IMG/VR virus record: IMGVR_UViG_3300028840_000655 | Span: 1 to 63,957 of that record | DNA length: 63,957 nt | Source: a virus | Lineage: Duplodnaviria > Caudoviricetes | Reading direction: 5' to 3' (one strand) | Shown: positions 10,501-20,787 of the stretch, in pieces | Layout of the letters: the number at the start of each line of letters is the position of its first letter | Numbering within the stretch: position 1 is the stretch's first letter | Notes under the pieces: generated by a model | Database searches by the model: none | The model's input: the letters and a program-made list of their open reading frames with translations, nothing else | Told to the model about the DNA's origin: nothing | Made by a program: the position numbers and the translations under genes

Positions 10501-11298
10501 TTCGGGTTGGATGGAGACTATCTGTTCGCTCAGGGGGACAACACGGTCGGCGGCGGCTTCGCGTCGTTCTACGTGTTCGGCGATGAGCGGGTCTTGCCAT
10601 TCTCGGCGGACTCGTGGGAGATGGAACTCCGGTATCGGCAGACGGGCAAGACGCTTCCATCATTGGACGGGACGCTTCACCGATTGAGCGGGTCTTGGCA
10701 GTATCCGTACATGTCCTTCTCGGTCGAGTTCGGTTCATCTACACCGAACGGCGTCAAGGTCCAGTCCGGCGTCTCCCCGGCGACGAATGACATCCTGACG
10801 AAGACGGTCGCTGGCACGGGCAACTGGGGTCGCGTCAAGTGGCGCAAGGAAGGTCTCCGTCACTTCCTCAAGGAATGGGCCGAGAGCGGGTCGGAACCGT
10901 CTTGGCAAGTGGCCGACGACATCCTCCCGTCCGCGCTCGACGAGTCGGCGGAGACGTACGACTCTCAGGACCGCTTCACGCTCGACTTCATCGTCGGTTG
11001 CTCCGGCGTCGCAGACGTCCGCCTAGAGGTCGATTGGGTCAAGGTCACGACGGTCGCGGAGGGCGGCTCGCTCGTCATCGAGAAGTTGGTCGCGCGCGGC
11101 GACGGCTCGACAACCAAGTTCTTCCTCGGCTCGTCCTTCAAGGAAGGAACGCTCATCGTCGCGGTCGACGGGAACCGTACGACCCCTGTCGAATGGGACG
11201 CCGAAGAGGGATGGTTCCGGCTGGACCGGGCACCGTACGGCGACCCGGCAGACGAGACGGGGTCTAGCCTCGTCACGGCGAACTACGAGAAGGCGTAG
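7549..11298 (+). CDS. Baseplate hub/Tal-like minor tail protein with long C-terminal beta-rich extension
   Basis: Position; N-terminal ~380 aa hub-like part, Gly/Pro linker, then a lectin-like region. Confidence 0.7.
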   Translation: MASLVFNVHSRSNPNAAPLGTLTDVSDKQLGIEDNAVGNGGFNIHPDSAQIGLITNGNYVKAYRDSVSAANLLGGFWIESGGDTLLADTEAGGQNWQRGGRGPIAILEEAIVWHKATSGTEKNIERAKNRWVWKNAHPARVLVRLLEEAKARNTLPGVSWDFSRTRDSDNVKWSSANFDRFEVPIGANLLDVVGVLRDNDLWVYMDANLVLHAYDNEKDNDLSGSIDIEEGVNIRETSERTIAGSTARSHVLVQGNNEDEKSRYAYAGDATVRSQIGRRKEGYFEYPRTSTKAILRRVARRKIRKWKKQFDGPFTLGVIDTVGQVPGIDFTVGDEVNVNIPGAYNNSTERVIGITFVERDNGEYDSIVDFGDFAHDANGNYMGGDSSGLNPCGCGGKKPGGGFGGGGGGTPPPSVPGTTPVREGTYFLDDFNRTSSDVGYQFEVGTSIPTEPLYGISALTKQLHEIPVPSGGAVDDVKFIFSDFTSQNDGLTPSISYSPLVGYAPRVLGQSETKVADALADDIDIAIPDGAREGDILLVWIVHYRGTVGGDYGAPGNYWDWSPADSAYVNSGSSHGGTPAGYATMVGIRLDATNMAALGITGLQDDTVNTGDASNAASARQDQSWAIAWLVRDVADMVTDGIYGWNGSPTTSALIGSLNPTSGWFDYNSGDMTLFFSAAAADGAISGEHNEYNELYSDTELNIDGAGNDAGTIVSARWDDATTQAPTPNRTFPGSLQVQTIFALRAGPGWTGFEGHTNISHAPTMHRFRTLDGSEPDVDYVHVLLNEPAAVGYDKEANVGYATGLLINPGSYIEGTDLLHGGTDQPYFPDMVGPSPDNGDFVYFGYVSVGGAGDEFLNGDIGTWDFTTLDFSGSPNGFQTVKLVGTREDDLNPHGLFAYRSSSNQFEFNFITRWAVSASTNATDEDTSTISTGANGGGLLENNYVLNSDGGLGTILTSGQNGGSPWPGGNPWSFLTGPVGDLTEFGLDGDYLFAQGDNTVGGGFASFYVFGDERVLPFSADSWEMELRYRQTGKTLPSLDGTLHRLSGSWQYPYMSFSVEFGSSTPNGVKVQSGVSPATNDILTKTVAGTGNWGRVKWRKEGLRHFLKEWAESGSEPSWQVADDILPSALDESAETYDSQDRFTLDFIVGCSGVADVRLEVDWVKVTTVAEGGSLVIEKLVARGDGSTTKFFLGSSFKEGTLIVAVDGNRTTPVEWDAEEGWFRLDRAPYGDPADETGSSLVTANYEKA

Positions 11299-11301
11299 GC
11301 C

Positions 11302-14300
11302 ATGACGGACGCATACGACATCACATGGGCGGCAGGCTCGACCGTTGGCGGGCGGCGGAAGAACAAGTGGGACGCGACGGTCGCTCCGACTGCCGCAGAC
11401 GACTCGGCGGACGGCTTCGAGATTGGCTCCCTGTGGGTCGACGTCAACAACGACGACGTCTACATGTGCGTCAACGACACAGCGGCGGCGGCGGTCTGGC
11501 GTCATCTGAACGCGGGCGTCTCTGACCACGGCGGATTGACGGGACTCGGCGACGACGACCATCCGCAGTACATCAAGGACTCGGAGTTCACGGCGACCGG
11601 CGATGTCCTCGTCGGGACCGGGGCGGGGACGTTCGTCGCGCGCCAGAACAACGACAACGCATCGACGGCTCCGACCGCATCCGACGACAACACGGCGGGC
11701 TACGCCATCGGTTCTCGTTGGCTCGACACGACGAACGACAAGGAATACGTCGCGACCGACGTCTCGACCGGCGCGGCTACGTGGGTCGACCTGACGACCG
11801 GGGCGGGCGGCGGCGCTCCCACGGACGCCGATTACCTCGTGGGCACGGCGAACGGCTCCCTGTCGGCAGAGATTGTGGTCGGCACCACTCCCGGAGGGGA
11901 ACTCGGCGGGACATGGGCTTCCCCCACGGTCGACAGCGTCCACTCAGGCAGCGCTCACCACTCGCAGAGCCACGTTCTCGACGGAGGGGACCACACGGTA
12001 TCCGGACTGACGCCGGGGCACGTCCTGACGGCTCTGACGGCGTCGACGTTCGGCTTCGCAGCGGCTCCGGCGGGAACCCCGGCTTCGACGGTCACGGACG
12101 AGACGACCTTCGGCATCTCCCCGGCGGTCGGCACGGACTCAGAGTACGCGCGGCAGGACCACACGCACGGCTCTCCCACGAACCCCGTAACGGCCCATGA
12201 GGCGGCGGGAGACCCGCATCCGGGGTATCTGACGCCTGCGGAGGGGAACGCGGCGTACGAGCCGTTGGGCGCGGTCTCGACGCACGAGGGACTGTCCGAC
12301 CCGCACACGGGCTATCGGTTGGAGAGCGCGGACCACTCGCACGCATCGACGGGACTCGAAGGCGGACTCGTTTCGCATGACGTCCTGACGAACGTCTCGG
12401 CGGACGACCATCACAACCAAGCGCACGCGTTCGACGGCGCGGACCACACGGGCTTGACCATCACGTCCCTCGCGACGGGAGACTTGCTCCGGTACAGCGG
12501 GACGGCATGGGTCAACTATCCGGACTCGAACTACGCGGCGAGCGGTCACACGCACGCCTACGCGCCAGACGACGCGGACTATCTCGTCGGCACGGCGAAC
12601 GGCGGGTTGTCGGCGGAGATTGTCGTCGGCACGGCACCGGGCGGCGAACTCGGCGGCACATGGGCGAGTCCAACGGTCGACACGACGCACGCAGGCTCGG
12701 CGCACCACAGCGAGTCTCACGTCGTCAACTCCACGGGTCCACACGCGGAGAGCGGTCTGACCATCGGTCACGTCCTCCGGGCGTCGGCGGCGGACGCGTT
12801 CTCGTTCGCGGCGTTGCAGGCGTCGGACATTCCGGCGCTCGACTACGCGCCATCCGACGTCGACTATCTCGTGGGGACCGCGTCAGGCGGTCTCTCCGCT
12901 GAGATTGTGGTCGGAACGGCACCGGGGGGCGAACTGGGAGGAACGTGGGCGTCTCCGACCGTTGACAGCGTCCACAGCGGAAGCGCGCATCACGCGCAGA
13001 GCCACGTCCTCGCGACAGGCACGGCGCTCGGACCGGACCACACAATCAGCGGCGCGGCGGCGGGCGAAGTCCTCCGGGCGCTGTCGGCGACGACGGCAGC
13101 GTTCGACGTCCTGCAACATGGCGACCTTGGCGGCGTCGGCACGGACGACCATCACAGCCAGAGCCACGACCACAGCGCAGCGGGCGACGGGACGACGCTC
13201 TCCCCGGCGACGCTCAACCTCCCGTCGACCACGACTCCCGCGCAGACGACGGAGGGTCAGGTCGTATGGGACAGCGACGGCGACTTCCTGACGGTCGGCG
13301 ACGGCACAGGGCGCAAGGACTTCGGGTATCTCGGCACGACGAACCCGGTCACACAGAACTACTCTGACGCAGCGGCTCCGGGTTCCTCCGTCGAAGTCGC
13401 GCGCATCGACCACGTCCACGGGATGCCAGCGGCAGGAAGCGGCGCACCCGATGACGCGGATTATCTGGTCGGCACGTCCAATGCGGGCTTGTCCGCAGAG
13501 ATTGTCGTTGGGACAACCCCCGGCGGCGAACTCGGCGGGACTTGGGCGTCGCCGACCGTTGACTCGGTCCACTCCGGTTCGGCGCACCACGCGCAGAGCC
13601 ACGACCACAGCAGCGCGTCGGACGGAAGCACGCTCGACCCGGCTATCCTGCTCTTGCCACCCGGACCGTTGCTCACGAGCGGCACGAACGGTCAGTTGCT
13701 CAACGACGGGACCGGCGTCCTGACGTTGGCAGACGGCAGTCTCTCAGGCGGCTACAAGCACTATCCGTTCCTGAACAGCACGCCTAGCACGCAAGCGTTC
13801 GGCGACAGCGCGGACGCGGGCACGCCAGCGACAGCGGGCTTCGCGAGTGCGGACCACAAGCACGCGTTCCCCGCGCAGTCAGCCATCGACCACGGGTCCA
13901 TCACGGGACTCGGCGACGACGACCACACGCAGTACCTTCTCGTGTCCGGCACGCGCGCCATGTCGGGCAATCTCGACGTCGGCGGCAACAGCATCATCTC
14001 GTCCTCCGGCTTCCCGGCTCTCGGCGAATGGGGACTCGACGCCGGTCACGGTTGGTCGGTCTACGCGTCCTACATCTCGCAGCAGTTCGGCTCGGCGGCT
14101 CCGGCGGTCGGTCCGTACATGGACGCGTACCGCTACGGGGCGAGCGGCGTGGTCGCTCCGAGCGATGCTCGCATCTGGCAAGTCGAAGGCTACGTGTACG
14201 ACGGCACGTCCAGCCTCGACACGGCGACCATCATCTTCCGCGTGGACGGAGCCATCGCGACGGATGACGCTCCGACCGACATCATCTTCGCGACCGGCAT

Positions 14301-17300
14301 CGGCGTCGGCGGCGCAGGCGGCGACGGATGGGACGAGCGTTGGCGCATCGCCAGCGATGGCGACCTCGAACCGATGTCAGACAGCGCGTACGACATCGGG
14401 ACGTCGGCAATCAGGGTCGCGACGGGCTACGCGGACATCTGGGATGGCGCACAGGTTCACACGCCGCACCTGACGCAAGTCGTCGTATCAGACACGCTCT
14501 TCCCGCTCTTCGAGGCGCGCAGCGCGGACGCTGGACCGGGCGCGAAGGACGACAACGACGTTCTCTTCCGCCACGACATCTACGGTCACGACGGGACGGG
14601 TTACATCATCGGCGCGCAGATGACGGCGCGCGTCGACGGCACGGTCGGCACGAACGTCATGCCGTCCGAGATGGTCTTCGGCATCAACACAGGCGGCGCG
14701 GCTATCTCGGAAGAGGTCACGTTCCGTCCAGACTCGACCGGATGGGCCGATGCGACCATCGCTCCGGGCGTCAACTACGGCGTCTCGCTCGGCGATGCGA
14801 CGCATCAATGGGGACAGGCGTGGCTCTACGAGGGTCAAATCGGGGAACTCTACGTTTCCGCTATCTCGGAGTTCCGGTCCAACCTCGATGTCTACAAGCA
14901 AGCCGACTTCGGCACCGGGGCGTTGCAGTTCTACCGGGCACGAGACAACGCGGGCAGCGAAGAACTCGTGCAGAACAACGACACCCTCGCGTCCATCTAC
15001 ATGGCGGGATACGACGGCGACCAGTATCTCGGCGCAGCCGAAATCAGGGCCGACGTCGACGGCACGGCGGCGGACAACGTCATGTACGGCGAACTCATCT
15101 TCTCGACGAACAACGGCGGGACAGCAGCGACCGACCGTTGGCGCATCTCGGCGGCGGGCAACCTCGAACCGATGCTGGCGTTCACGACGGTCGGGGCGTG
15201 GGACGAGCCGGTCGGGGACTTCTATGCGGAATACACATATACCCTGCGCTCGGCGTTCGGCGCGAGCATCGAGTATTACCAGACGGCGGACAACGTCGAC
15301 AACGACTTTCTCGGCTTCCTGTCGATGCACGGGCAGACGACGGGCGGCGGCTTCTCGCAGGGCGCGCTCATCTTCACCCGCGTCGACGGAACGGTGTCGG
15401 CTGGCGTCCTGCCGACCGAAATCGTCTTCTCGAACAATCTCGGTTCCGGGACGAGCGCGACGAACATCTGGCGGTTCGCTCCATCTGGCGCGTTCGAGCC
15501 GATGGCGGACTCGCTTTACAACATCGGCACGGCGAGCGTCCGTCCGGCGACCATCTACGCGGACAACCTCAACTCGGCAGGTGACATCACAATCGGCGCG
15601 GACGTTATCACCGAAGCCGAATGGACCGACCTGACGGACGGCGGCGAGACGACGTTGCACACGCATCCGGGCGGGGGCAGCGGCGCTCCGGTCGGAGCGG
15701 ACTATCTCGTGGGGACAGCAGACGGCACCCTGACGAACGAGATTGTCGTGGGCACGTCTCCCGGCGGAGAACTTGGCGGGACGTGGGCATCTCCGACCAT
15801 CGACACGACGCACAGCGGTTCATCTCACGCGAACATTCCGACGCAGACGGGCGCGCTCAACATGGGCACGAACGACATCACCGGAGTCGGCGACATCACG
15901 ATGGTCGGCGACATCGACGGCGAGGGCTTCGGTCCGTACTTCCACCATCCGACGACACGCGTCGGCATCACGCTCGAACGAGAGTCGACCGTCGTCGCAG
16001 ACGGCGAGGTCGGCAACTTGCTCTTCTACGGCAACGGCTGGCCGATGGGAGCCATCCGGGGCTACGCTCGTGTCAACGCTCCGGCGTCCGGCGACTCTCC
16101 CGGCGCGCTCGTGTTCGAGACCACGCCGGACGGCTCGTCGACGTCGGTCCAGCGCTGGCAGATTGACCATACCGGCGCTTGGCTTCCCATCACCGACTCG
16201 ACCGTCGACATCGGGTCATCTTCGGTCAGGGTCGCGACGGGCTACTTCGACAACCTGAACTCCGCTGGCGACATCACCATCGGCGCGCAGACCATCTCGG
16301 CGGCGGATTGGCTCGACCTGACGGACGGCGGGGCGACGACGCTCCACTCGCACGCGGGCGGCGGCGGCGCTCCGACGACGGTCGACTATCTCGTCGGCAC
16401 AGCGGACGGGACGCTCTCGAACGAGATTGTCGTGGGCACGACGCCGAACGGCGAACTCGGCGGGACGTGGGGAGCCATCACGGTCGACGCGACGCATTCC
16501 GGTTCGTCTCACGCGGCGCTCCCGACGCAGACGGCGACGCTCGACATGGGCGGCAACGACATCATCTCGGACGGCGTCACCGCTGGCGCTCTCGGCGAGT
16601 GGGGCACGGACACAGGCCATTCGTGGGCTGTCTACGCGTCATACATCTCCATGCAGGGCAACTATGCGGCACCGGGCGTCTCGCCTTACATGGACTCGTA
16701 CCGCTACGGGACCGCTGGCGCGACGGTCGCGGACGACTACTTCCTGTGGCAAGTCGAGAACTACGGATACGACGGGACGTCCAGCATCGACGGCGCAACC
16801 ATCTTCTCGCGCATCGACGGAACGGTCTCGACGGGCGTTCTCCCGACCGAGATTGTGTTCGGGACGAGCCTGACGAACGGATGGGTCGAGCGCTGGCGTA
16901 TCTCCCCGGCGGGCGACTTCGCTCCGATAACGGCTGGCGCACCCGGCGCAGGCTACGCCGTGGGCGAGTGGGCGTTGCCGGTCCGGGACGTCTACGTCGG
17001 CGACTTCATCGCGCTCAGGGCGGAGCGAGATACCGGGCCGAACAACATCGAGTTCTATCGTGGTCGAGCGAGCGGGACCATCGTCGCGGACGACGACATC
17101 CTCGGCTACATCGGGTTCTACGCCAACGACGGCGCAGAAGGCGGCGTCATGGGGGCGCGCATCGCGGCAGTCGTCGACGAGGCGACCCCGGCGAACGATG
17201 ACGTCCCGACCGAACTCGTCTTCTCGACGACCAACGCAGGCACGGTCCCGACCGACCGTTGGCGCATCTCCCCGGCAGGGGCGCTCTCTCCCATCGCGGA

Positions 17301-19314
17301 CTCGACGTACGACATCGGCGAGTCGTCCTTCGCGGGCAACAAGCACGTCAACGCGCTCTACGTCGACACCATCTATGTGACGGACATCACGAAGGATGCA
17401 ATCAACGGGGCGGTCGACTCAATCACGGTCAACACGCTCTCGTCGTCGTCGTCCTCGTTCATCGACATCCTGTCGGCAAGCGGCATCTACTTCGGGACGA
17501 ACGGCGTCGGCACCACGTACAACTACGAGTTCCTTGGCGGCAACGCGGACATGCGGGGTCCGTCCGGGTCGGAACTGTCGCTCTACCGCGACGACCCGAC
17601 GACGCTCGACACGAACCAACTCGGAGCCATCTACTTCGGCGGATGGGACACGGGTTCGACGGAACGCCGGACGGCGAGCATCCGGGCGAACGCGGCGCAG
17701 GACTTCGGTCTCAACACGAACCTCGGAACCGAACTGACGTTCGCGGTCACGCTGACAGGCGGCAACACGCCTACGGACGTGTGGCAAATCGAGGCGGACG
17801 GCGACCTCATGCCGTTGCTCAACGCCACGTACGACATCGGCTCGTTCTCGCAGAAGCCAGCGGCGGTCTACGGCGTCCTCGGTTCGTTCACGAGCCTCGA
17901 TGTCTACGAGACGGGCGGAGGGACAGCGGGCTTCGACTTCGGTCGAACGGACCTGACGACCGACGCAGAGACGCTTGCAATCATCAACTTCCGTGGCTCA
18001 GACGACGGTTCTGGGGTACAGGTCGGCGCGACCATGTACGCGCGGGCGACGGAGGACTGGACGTCGACGGCGCACGGCACGTCTATCTCGTTCCAAACGA
18101 CGCCGAACGGCGGGACGTCGCAGTTCACACGCTGGCGCATCGACCAGAACGGCGCGCTCTGGCCGTTCACCGACTCGCTCTATGACATCGGGCTGTCGAC
18201 CAACCGGGTCAACCAAATCTACACGGACGGCATCGACACGGGCGGCAACATCGTCCCGGAGACGGCGGGCGGTCCGAGCATCGGCGCGTGGACTAACGAG
18301 TTCAACACGTTCTACTCGAACTACCACGAACTCGCGGTCCGCGACAACGTCTCGTTCCCGCAAGAGAAGTTGAACCGGACGCGCGCGTCATCCGCCATCG
18401 TGCAGGACGGCGATTGGCTCGGTCGCATCCTGTTCACCGGGCGGGACACGACGACGCAGCGCGACGCGGCAGCCATCCGGGCGGCGGTCGACGGGACACC
18501 GGGCGCGTCGGACATGCCGGGAGAACTCGTCTTCTCGACGACGCCGGACGGCTCCGCGACGTTGACCGACCGATGGCGCATCTCGGCGCAGGGTCACTTG
18601 GAGTCGGCGACGGCGGCGAACTACGGCATCTACGGCAAGCCGCCGAACGTCGTCACCTACACGTCGGGGTCTGGCAACTGGACGAAGCCGACCAACCCGA
18701 CACCGACCTACATCGTGGTCGAAGTTCAGGGCGGCGGAGGCGGCGGCGGAGGGTCGCAGGCGACGTCGACGAGCGAGGCCGGGTCCGGCGGCGGCGGCGG
18801 CGGCGGCGGGTACGCGCGCAAGGTGTACTCGGCATCCGACCTGTCCGGGGCGTCATCCTTCGCGTACGCTGTCGGTTCCGGCGGCGGCGGCGGCTCAGGC
18901 AACACCAACGGGTCGGACGGCAGCGCATCGACTTTCACCGTTGGCGGGACGGCGTTGACGGGCAGCGGCGGCGGCGGCGGGACTGCCGGGGCAGCCGGGG
19001 TAGGGTTCACCATCGACAGCGGCGGCGGCAGCGGTGCAGCATCTAACGGCGACGTCAACATCGGCGGCGGTCCCGGTCACAACGGCATCCGCGTGTCGCT
19101 TCCCGGCGTCTCGGCGGCGACCGCAATCCAAGGTCACGGCGGCGACTCACAGTTGGGCGGCGGCGGGCGGCGCGACCCGACCGGCGGCGGCTTCGGTGGC
19201 TCAGGCTACGGCTCCGGTGGCGCGGGCGGTTGGGGCAACCAGAGCAGCGCAGCGACCGATGGCGGAGACGGCAAGGACGGCATCGTCATCATCACGGAGT
19301 TCTACGGTCCATGA
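11302..19314 (+). CDS. Giant repetitive tail fibre / receptor-binding protein (2670 aa)
   Basis: Several internal repeat families and a C-terminal Gly-rich domain; follows the hub gene. Confidence 0.85.
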   Translation: MTDAYDITWAAGSTVGGRRKNKWDATVAPTAADDSADGFEIGSLWVDVNNDDVYMCVNDTAAAAVWRHLNAGVSDHGGLTGLGDDDHPQYIKDSEFTATGDVLVGTGAGTFVARQNNDNASTAPTASDDNTAGYAIGSRWLDTTNDKEYVATDVSTGAATWVDLTTGAGGGAPTDADYLVGTANGSLSAEIVVGTTPGGELGGTWASPTVDSVHSGSAHHSQSHVLDGGDHTVSGLTPGHVLTALTASTFGFAAAPAGTPASTVTDETTFGISPAVGTDSEYARQDHTHGSPTNPVTAHEAAGDPHPGYLTPAEGNAAYEPLGAVSTHEGLSDPHTGYRLESADHSHASTGLEGGLVSHDVLTNVSADDHHNQAHAFDGADHTGLTITSLATGDLLRYSGTAWVNYPDSNYAASGHTHAYAPDDADYLVGTANGGLSAEIVVGTAPGGELGGTWASPTVDTTHAGSAHHSESHVVNSTGPHAESGLTIGHVLRASAADAFSFAALQASDIPALDYAPSDVDYLVGTASGGLSAEIVVGTAPGGELGGTWASPTVDSVHSGSAHHAQSHVLATGTALGPDHTISGAAAGEVLRALSATTAAFDVLQHGDLGGVGTDDHHSQSHDHSAAGDGTTLSPATLNLPSTTTPAQTTEGQVVWDSDGDFLTVGDGTGRKDFGYLGTTNPVTQNYSDAAAPGSSVEVARIDHVHGMPAAGSGAPDDADYLVGTSNAGLSAEIVVGTTPGGELGGTWASPTVDSVHSGSAHHAQSHDHSSASDGSTLDPAILLLPPGPLLTSGTNGQLLNDGTGVLTLADGSLSGGYKHYPFLNSTPSTQAFGDSADAGTPATAGFASADHKHAFPAQSAIDHGSITGLGDDDHTQYLLVSGTRAMSGNLDVGGNSIISSSGFPALGEWGLDAGHGWSVYASYISQQFGSAAPAVGPYMDAYRYGASGVVAPSDARIWQVEGYVYDGTSSLDTATIIFRVDGAIATDDAPTDIIFATGIGVGGAGGDGWDERWRIASDGDLEPMSDSAYDIGTSAIRVATGYADIWDGAQVHTPHLTQVVVSDTLFPLFEARSADAGPGAKDDNDVLFRHDIYGHDGTGYIIGAQMTARVDGTVGTNVMPSEMVFGINTGGAAISEEVTFRPDSTGWADATIAPGVNYGVSLGDATHQWGQAWLYEGQIGELYVSAISEFRSNLDVYKQADFGTGALQFYRARDNAGSEELVQNNDTLASIYMAGYDGDQYLGAAEIRADVDGTAADNVMYGELIFSTNNGGTAATDRWRISAAGNLEPMLAFTTVGAWDEPVGDFYAEYTYTLRSAFGASIEYYQTADNVDNDFLGFLSMHGQTTGGGFSQGALIFTRVDGTVSAGVLPTEIVFSNNLGSGTSATNIWRFAPSGAFEPMADSLYNIGTASVRPATIYADNLNSAGDITIGADVITEAEWTDLTDGGETTLHTHPGGGSGAPVGADYLVGTADGTLTNEIVVGTSPGGELGGTWASPTIDTTHSGSSHANIPTQTGALNMGTNDITGVGDITMVGDIDGEGFGPYFHHPTTRVGITLERESTVVADGEVGNLLFYGNGWPMGAIRGYARVNAPASGDSPGALVFETTPDGSSTSVQRWQIDHTGAWLPITDSTVDIGSSSVRVATGYFDNLNSAGDITIGAQTISAADWLDLTDGGATTLHSHAGGGGAPTTVDYLVGTADGTLSNEIVVGTTPNGELGGTWGAITVDATHSGSSHAALPTQTATLDMGGNDIISDGVTAGALGEWGTDTGHSWAVYASYISMQGNYAAPGVSPYMDSYRYGTAGATVADDYFLWQVENYGYDGTSSIDGATIFSRIDGTVSTGVLPTEIVFGTSLTNGWVERWRISPAGDFAPITAGAPGAGYAVGEWALPVRDVYVGDFIALRAERDTGPNNIEFYRGRASGTIVADDDILGYIGFYANDGAEGGVMGARIAAVVDEATPANDDVPTELVFSTTNAGTVPTDRWRISPAGALSPIADSTYDIGESSFAGNKHVNALYVDTIYVTDITKDAINGAVDSITVNTLSSSSSSFIDILSASGIYFGTNGVGTTYNYEFLGGNADMRGPSGSELSLYRDDPTTLDTNQLGAIYFGGWDTGSTERRTASIRANAAQDFGLNTNLGTELTFAVTLTGGNTPTDVWQIEADGDLMPLLNATYDIGSFSQKPAAVYGVLGSFTSLDVYETGGGTAGFDFGRTDLTTDAETLAIINFRGSDDGSGVQVGATMYARATEDWTSTAHGTSISFQTTPNGGTSQFTRWRIDQNGALWPFTDSLYDIGLSTNRVNQIYTDGIDTGGNIVPETAGGPSIGAWTNEFNTFYSNYHELAVRDNVSFPQEKLNRTRASSAIVQDGDWLGRILFTGRDTTTQRDAAAIRAAVDGTPGASDMPGELVFSTTPDGSATLTDRWRISAQGHLESATAANYGIYGKPPNVVTYTSGSGNWTKPTNPTPTYIVVEVQGGGGGGGGSQATSTSEAGSGGGGGGGGYARKVYSASDLSGASSFAYAVGSGGGGGSGNTNGSDGSASTFTVGGTALTGSGGGGGTAGAAGVGFTIDSGGGSGAASNGDVNIGGGPGHNGIRVSLPGVSAATAIQGHGGDSQLGGGGRRDPTGGGFGGSGYGSGGAGGWGNQSSAATDGGDGKDGIVIITEFYGP

Positions 19315-19748
19315 CACGCATCGAGTTCCCGGTCAAGTTCTGGCAGCGCATCCGTCGAGCGTGGCTCGGCGATGCCTACATGGACGAGTTCTTCGGCACG
19401 GCGAGAGAGCAGCATTCGGAGGTGCAGGCGACCCCTGACCGGCGCGTTCCCGACCGCGAGGGATACGACCGCGTCAACGACATCCGGCTCGACCCGGACA
19501 ACGAGACGAAGGTCTGGGAGTGGGACGTCGACCTCGACGCCGGGGAGCAGGCGGAGTGGGACGCGATGTTCGCGGCGGTCACGGCGGGCGGCGACGGGTC
19601 GGTCCCCTCGTTCGCTGCAATCGAAGCGATGGTCTCGACGATGTCCGCGTACCGGGACAGCACGCCGGGGACGACGACCCCCGCGCAGATGGACGCGACG
19701 CTCCGCGCCATCATCGACTACATCCGCTATCTCGAAGCGCGCGTCTAG
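19311..19748 (+). CDS. Hypothetical protein (possible fibre chaperone)
   Basis: ATGA overlap with the fibre stop codon. Confidence 0.65.
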   Translation: MTRIEFPVKFWQRIRRAWLGDAYMDEFFGTAREQHSEVQATPDRRVPDREGYDRVNDIRLDPDNETKVWEWDVDLDAGEQAEWDAMFAAVTAGGDGSVPSFAAIEAMVSTMSAYRDSTPGTTTPAQMDATLRAIIDYIRYLEARV

Positions 19749-19972
19749 GGCATCCGCGCTCGGATGTCGGCTAGGTTCTTCTCGTCCTCGGTCATCAACG
19801 CGCCGAACGGGACGACGGCGGGTCCGCTCCCTTCGAGGACGACCTTCACGAACGGTCCCTCCGCGTTCCCCATGAACACGCCGAACTCCCCCGCGCCTAT
19901 CTGGCGCATCGTTCCGCGCTCGTCGAAGTCGGACGTGTCGGTCTTGACGTAGACGGTCTCTCCGCGTCTCAC
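19745..19972 (-). CDS. Hypothetical protein
   Basis: Coupled ORF in the leftward accessory block. Confidence 0.6.
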   Translation of the reverse strand: MRRGETVYVKTDTSDFDERGTMRQIGAGEFGVFMGNAEGPFVKVVLEGSGPAVVPFGALMTEDEKNLADIRARMP

Positions 19973-20196
19973 AGGTACTCCGGTCGCGGCTCAGGCTTCG
20001 GATAGTGTCGCCAGACCGAGAAGACGGACTCTTCGGTCTCGCACTTCGGGCATTGCGGGCTGTGGGGGGTCGACCATCCTGACGCGCAGATGCCGCAGGC
20101 GGCTCGGACCTCGACGAGTTCTTCGCGGCACCATCGGCAGATGATGTCGGCGGACCCGAAGGTCTGGACGATTGGTCTCGGTTCGTGGTCTCTCAT
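19969..20196 (-). CDS. Small Zn-finger-like protein
   Basis: Three CxxC motifs; GAGGA RBS. Confidence 0.65.
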   Translation of the reverse strand: MRDHEPRPIVQTFGSADIICRWCREELVEVRAACGICASGWSTPHSPQCPKCETEESVFSVWRHYPKPEPRPEYL

Positions 20197-20292
20197 TCGT
20201 TCCTCAGACGCTCTCAGACGGACGGAGAGCGGAGATTGTACCGGGAACGGACACCGGGTCGTCTCCGCTCTTCTCGTCCGTCAGGGGCCGTT

Positions 20293-20667
20293 CTACGCGG
20301 TCGAGCGCTTCAAGCGCGCGATGCTGGCGGCGCGGGCTTCGTCGTCCATCTCTTCCCAACGTCGACGGGCGGCTTCGCCACGGGCACGCCGGACGAGGCT
20401 CGCTCGCTGGCGATACATCGCGGACGTGACCTTCGGCGGGAGCAGGACTCGCGTCGAGCCGTCCGCGCTTACCGTCTGGACGAGCGCGTAGTTCCCGGCG
20501 TCTGCCCAACCGACCTTCGAGTCGATGGTGAATGTCTGGACGACATGGGTCACGGTCATCAACCCGTCGTTCGTCGTGACGGTCGACGGGCGGCTCTTGC
20601 GAACCCCCGGCAACCCGTCAATCTCGGCGAGCCATCGGTCGATGACGTCCATGCGGTCTTCTCTCAT
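20293..20667 (-). CDS. Hypothetical protein
   Basis: Variant start motif ACGCACGGAGACC upstream. Confidence 0.7.
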   Translation of the reverse strand: MREDRMDVIDRWLAEIDGLPGVRKSRPSTVTTNDGLMTVTHVVQTFTIDSKVGWADAGNYALVQTVSADGSTRVLLPPKVTSAMYRQRASLVRRARGEAARRRWEEMDDEARAASIARLKRSTA

Positions 20668-20787
20668 GTGGGTCTCCGTGCGTGCTATGGGTTCGGGGGA
20701 GACGTCCGTAGGTGTGTTCGGGATGTCTCCCCTCGCGGAGCGGCAACCGTGCTAGGTGACTACCGCTCCGGTCCTTCTATCGTGGGG

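Noticed and set aside
11302-19314. Diversity-generating retroelement acting on the fibre
   Set aside because: No reverse transcriptase; repeat differences are synonymous, not adenine-specific
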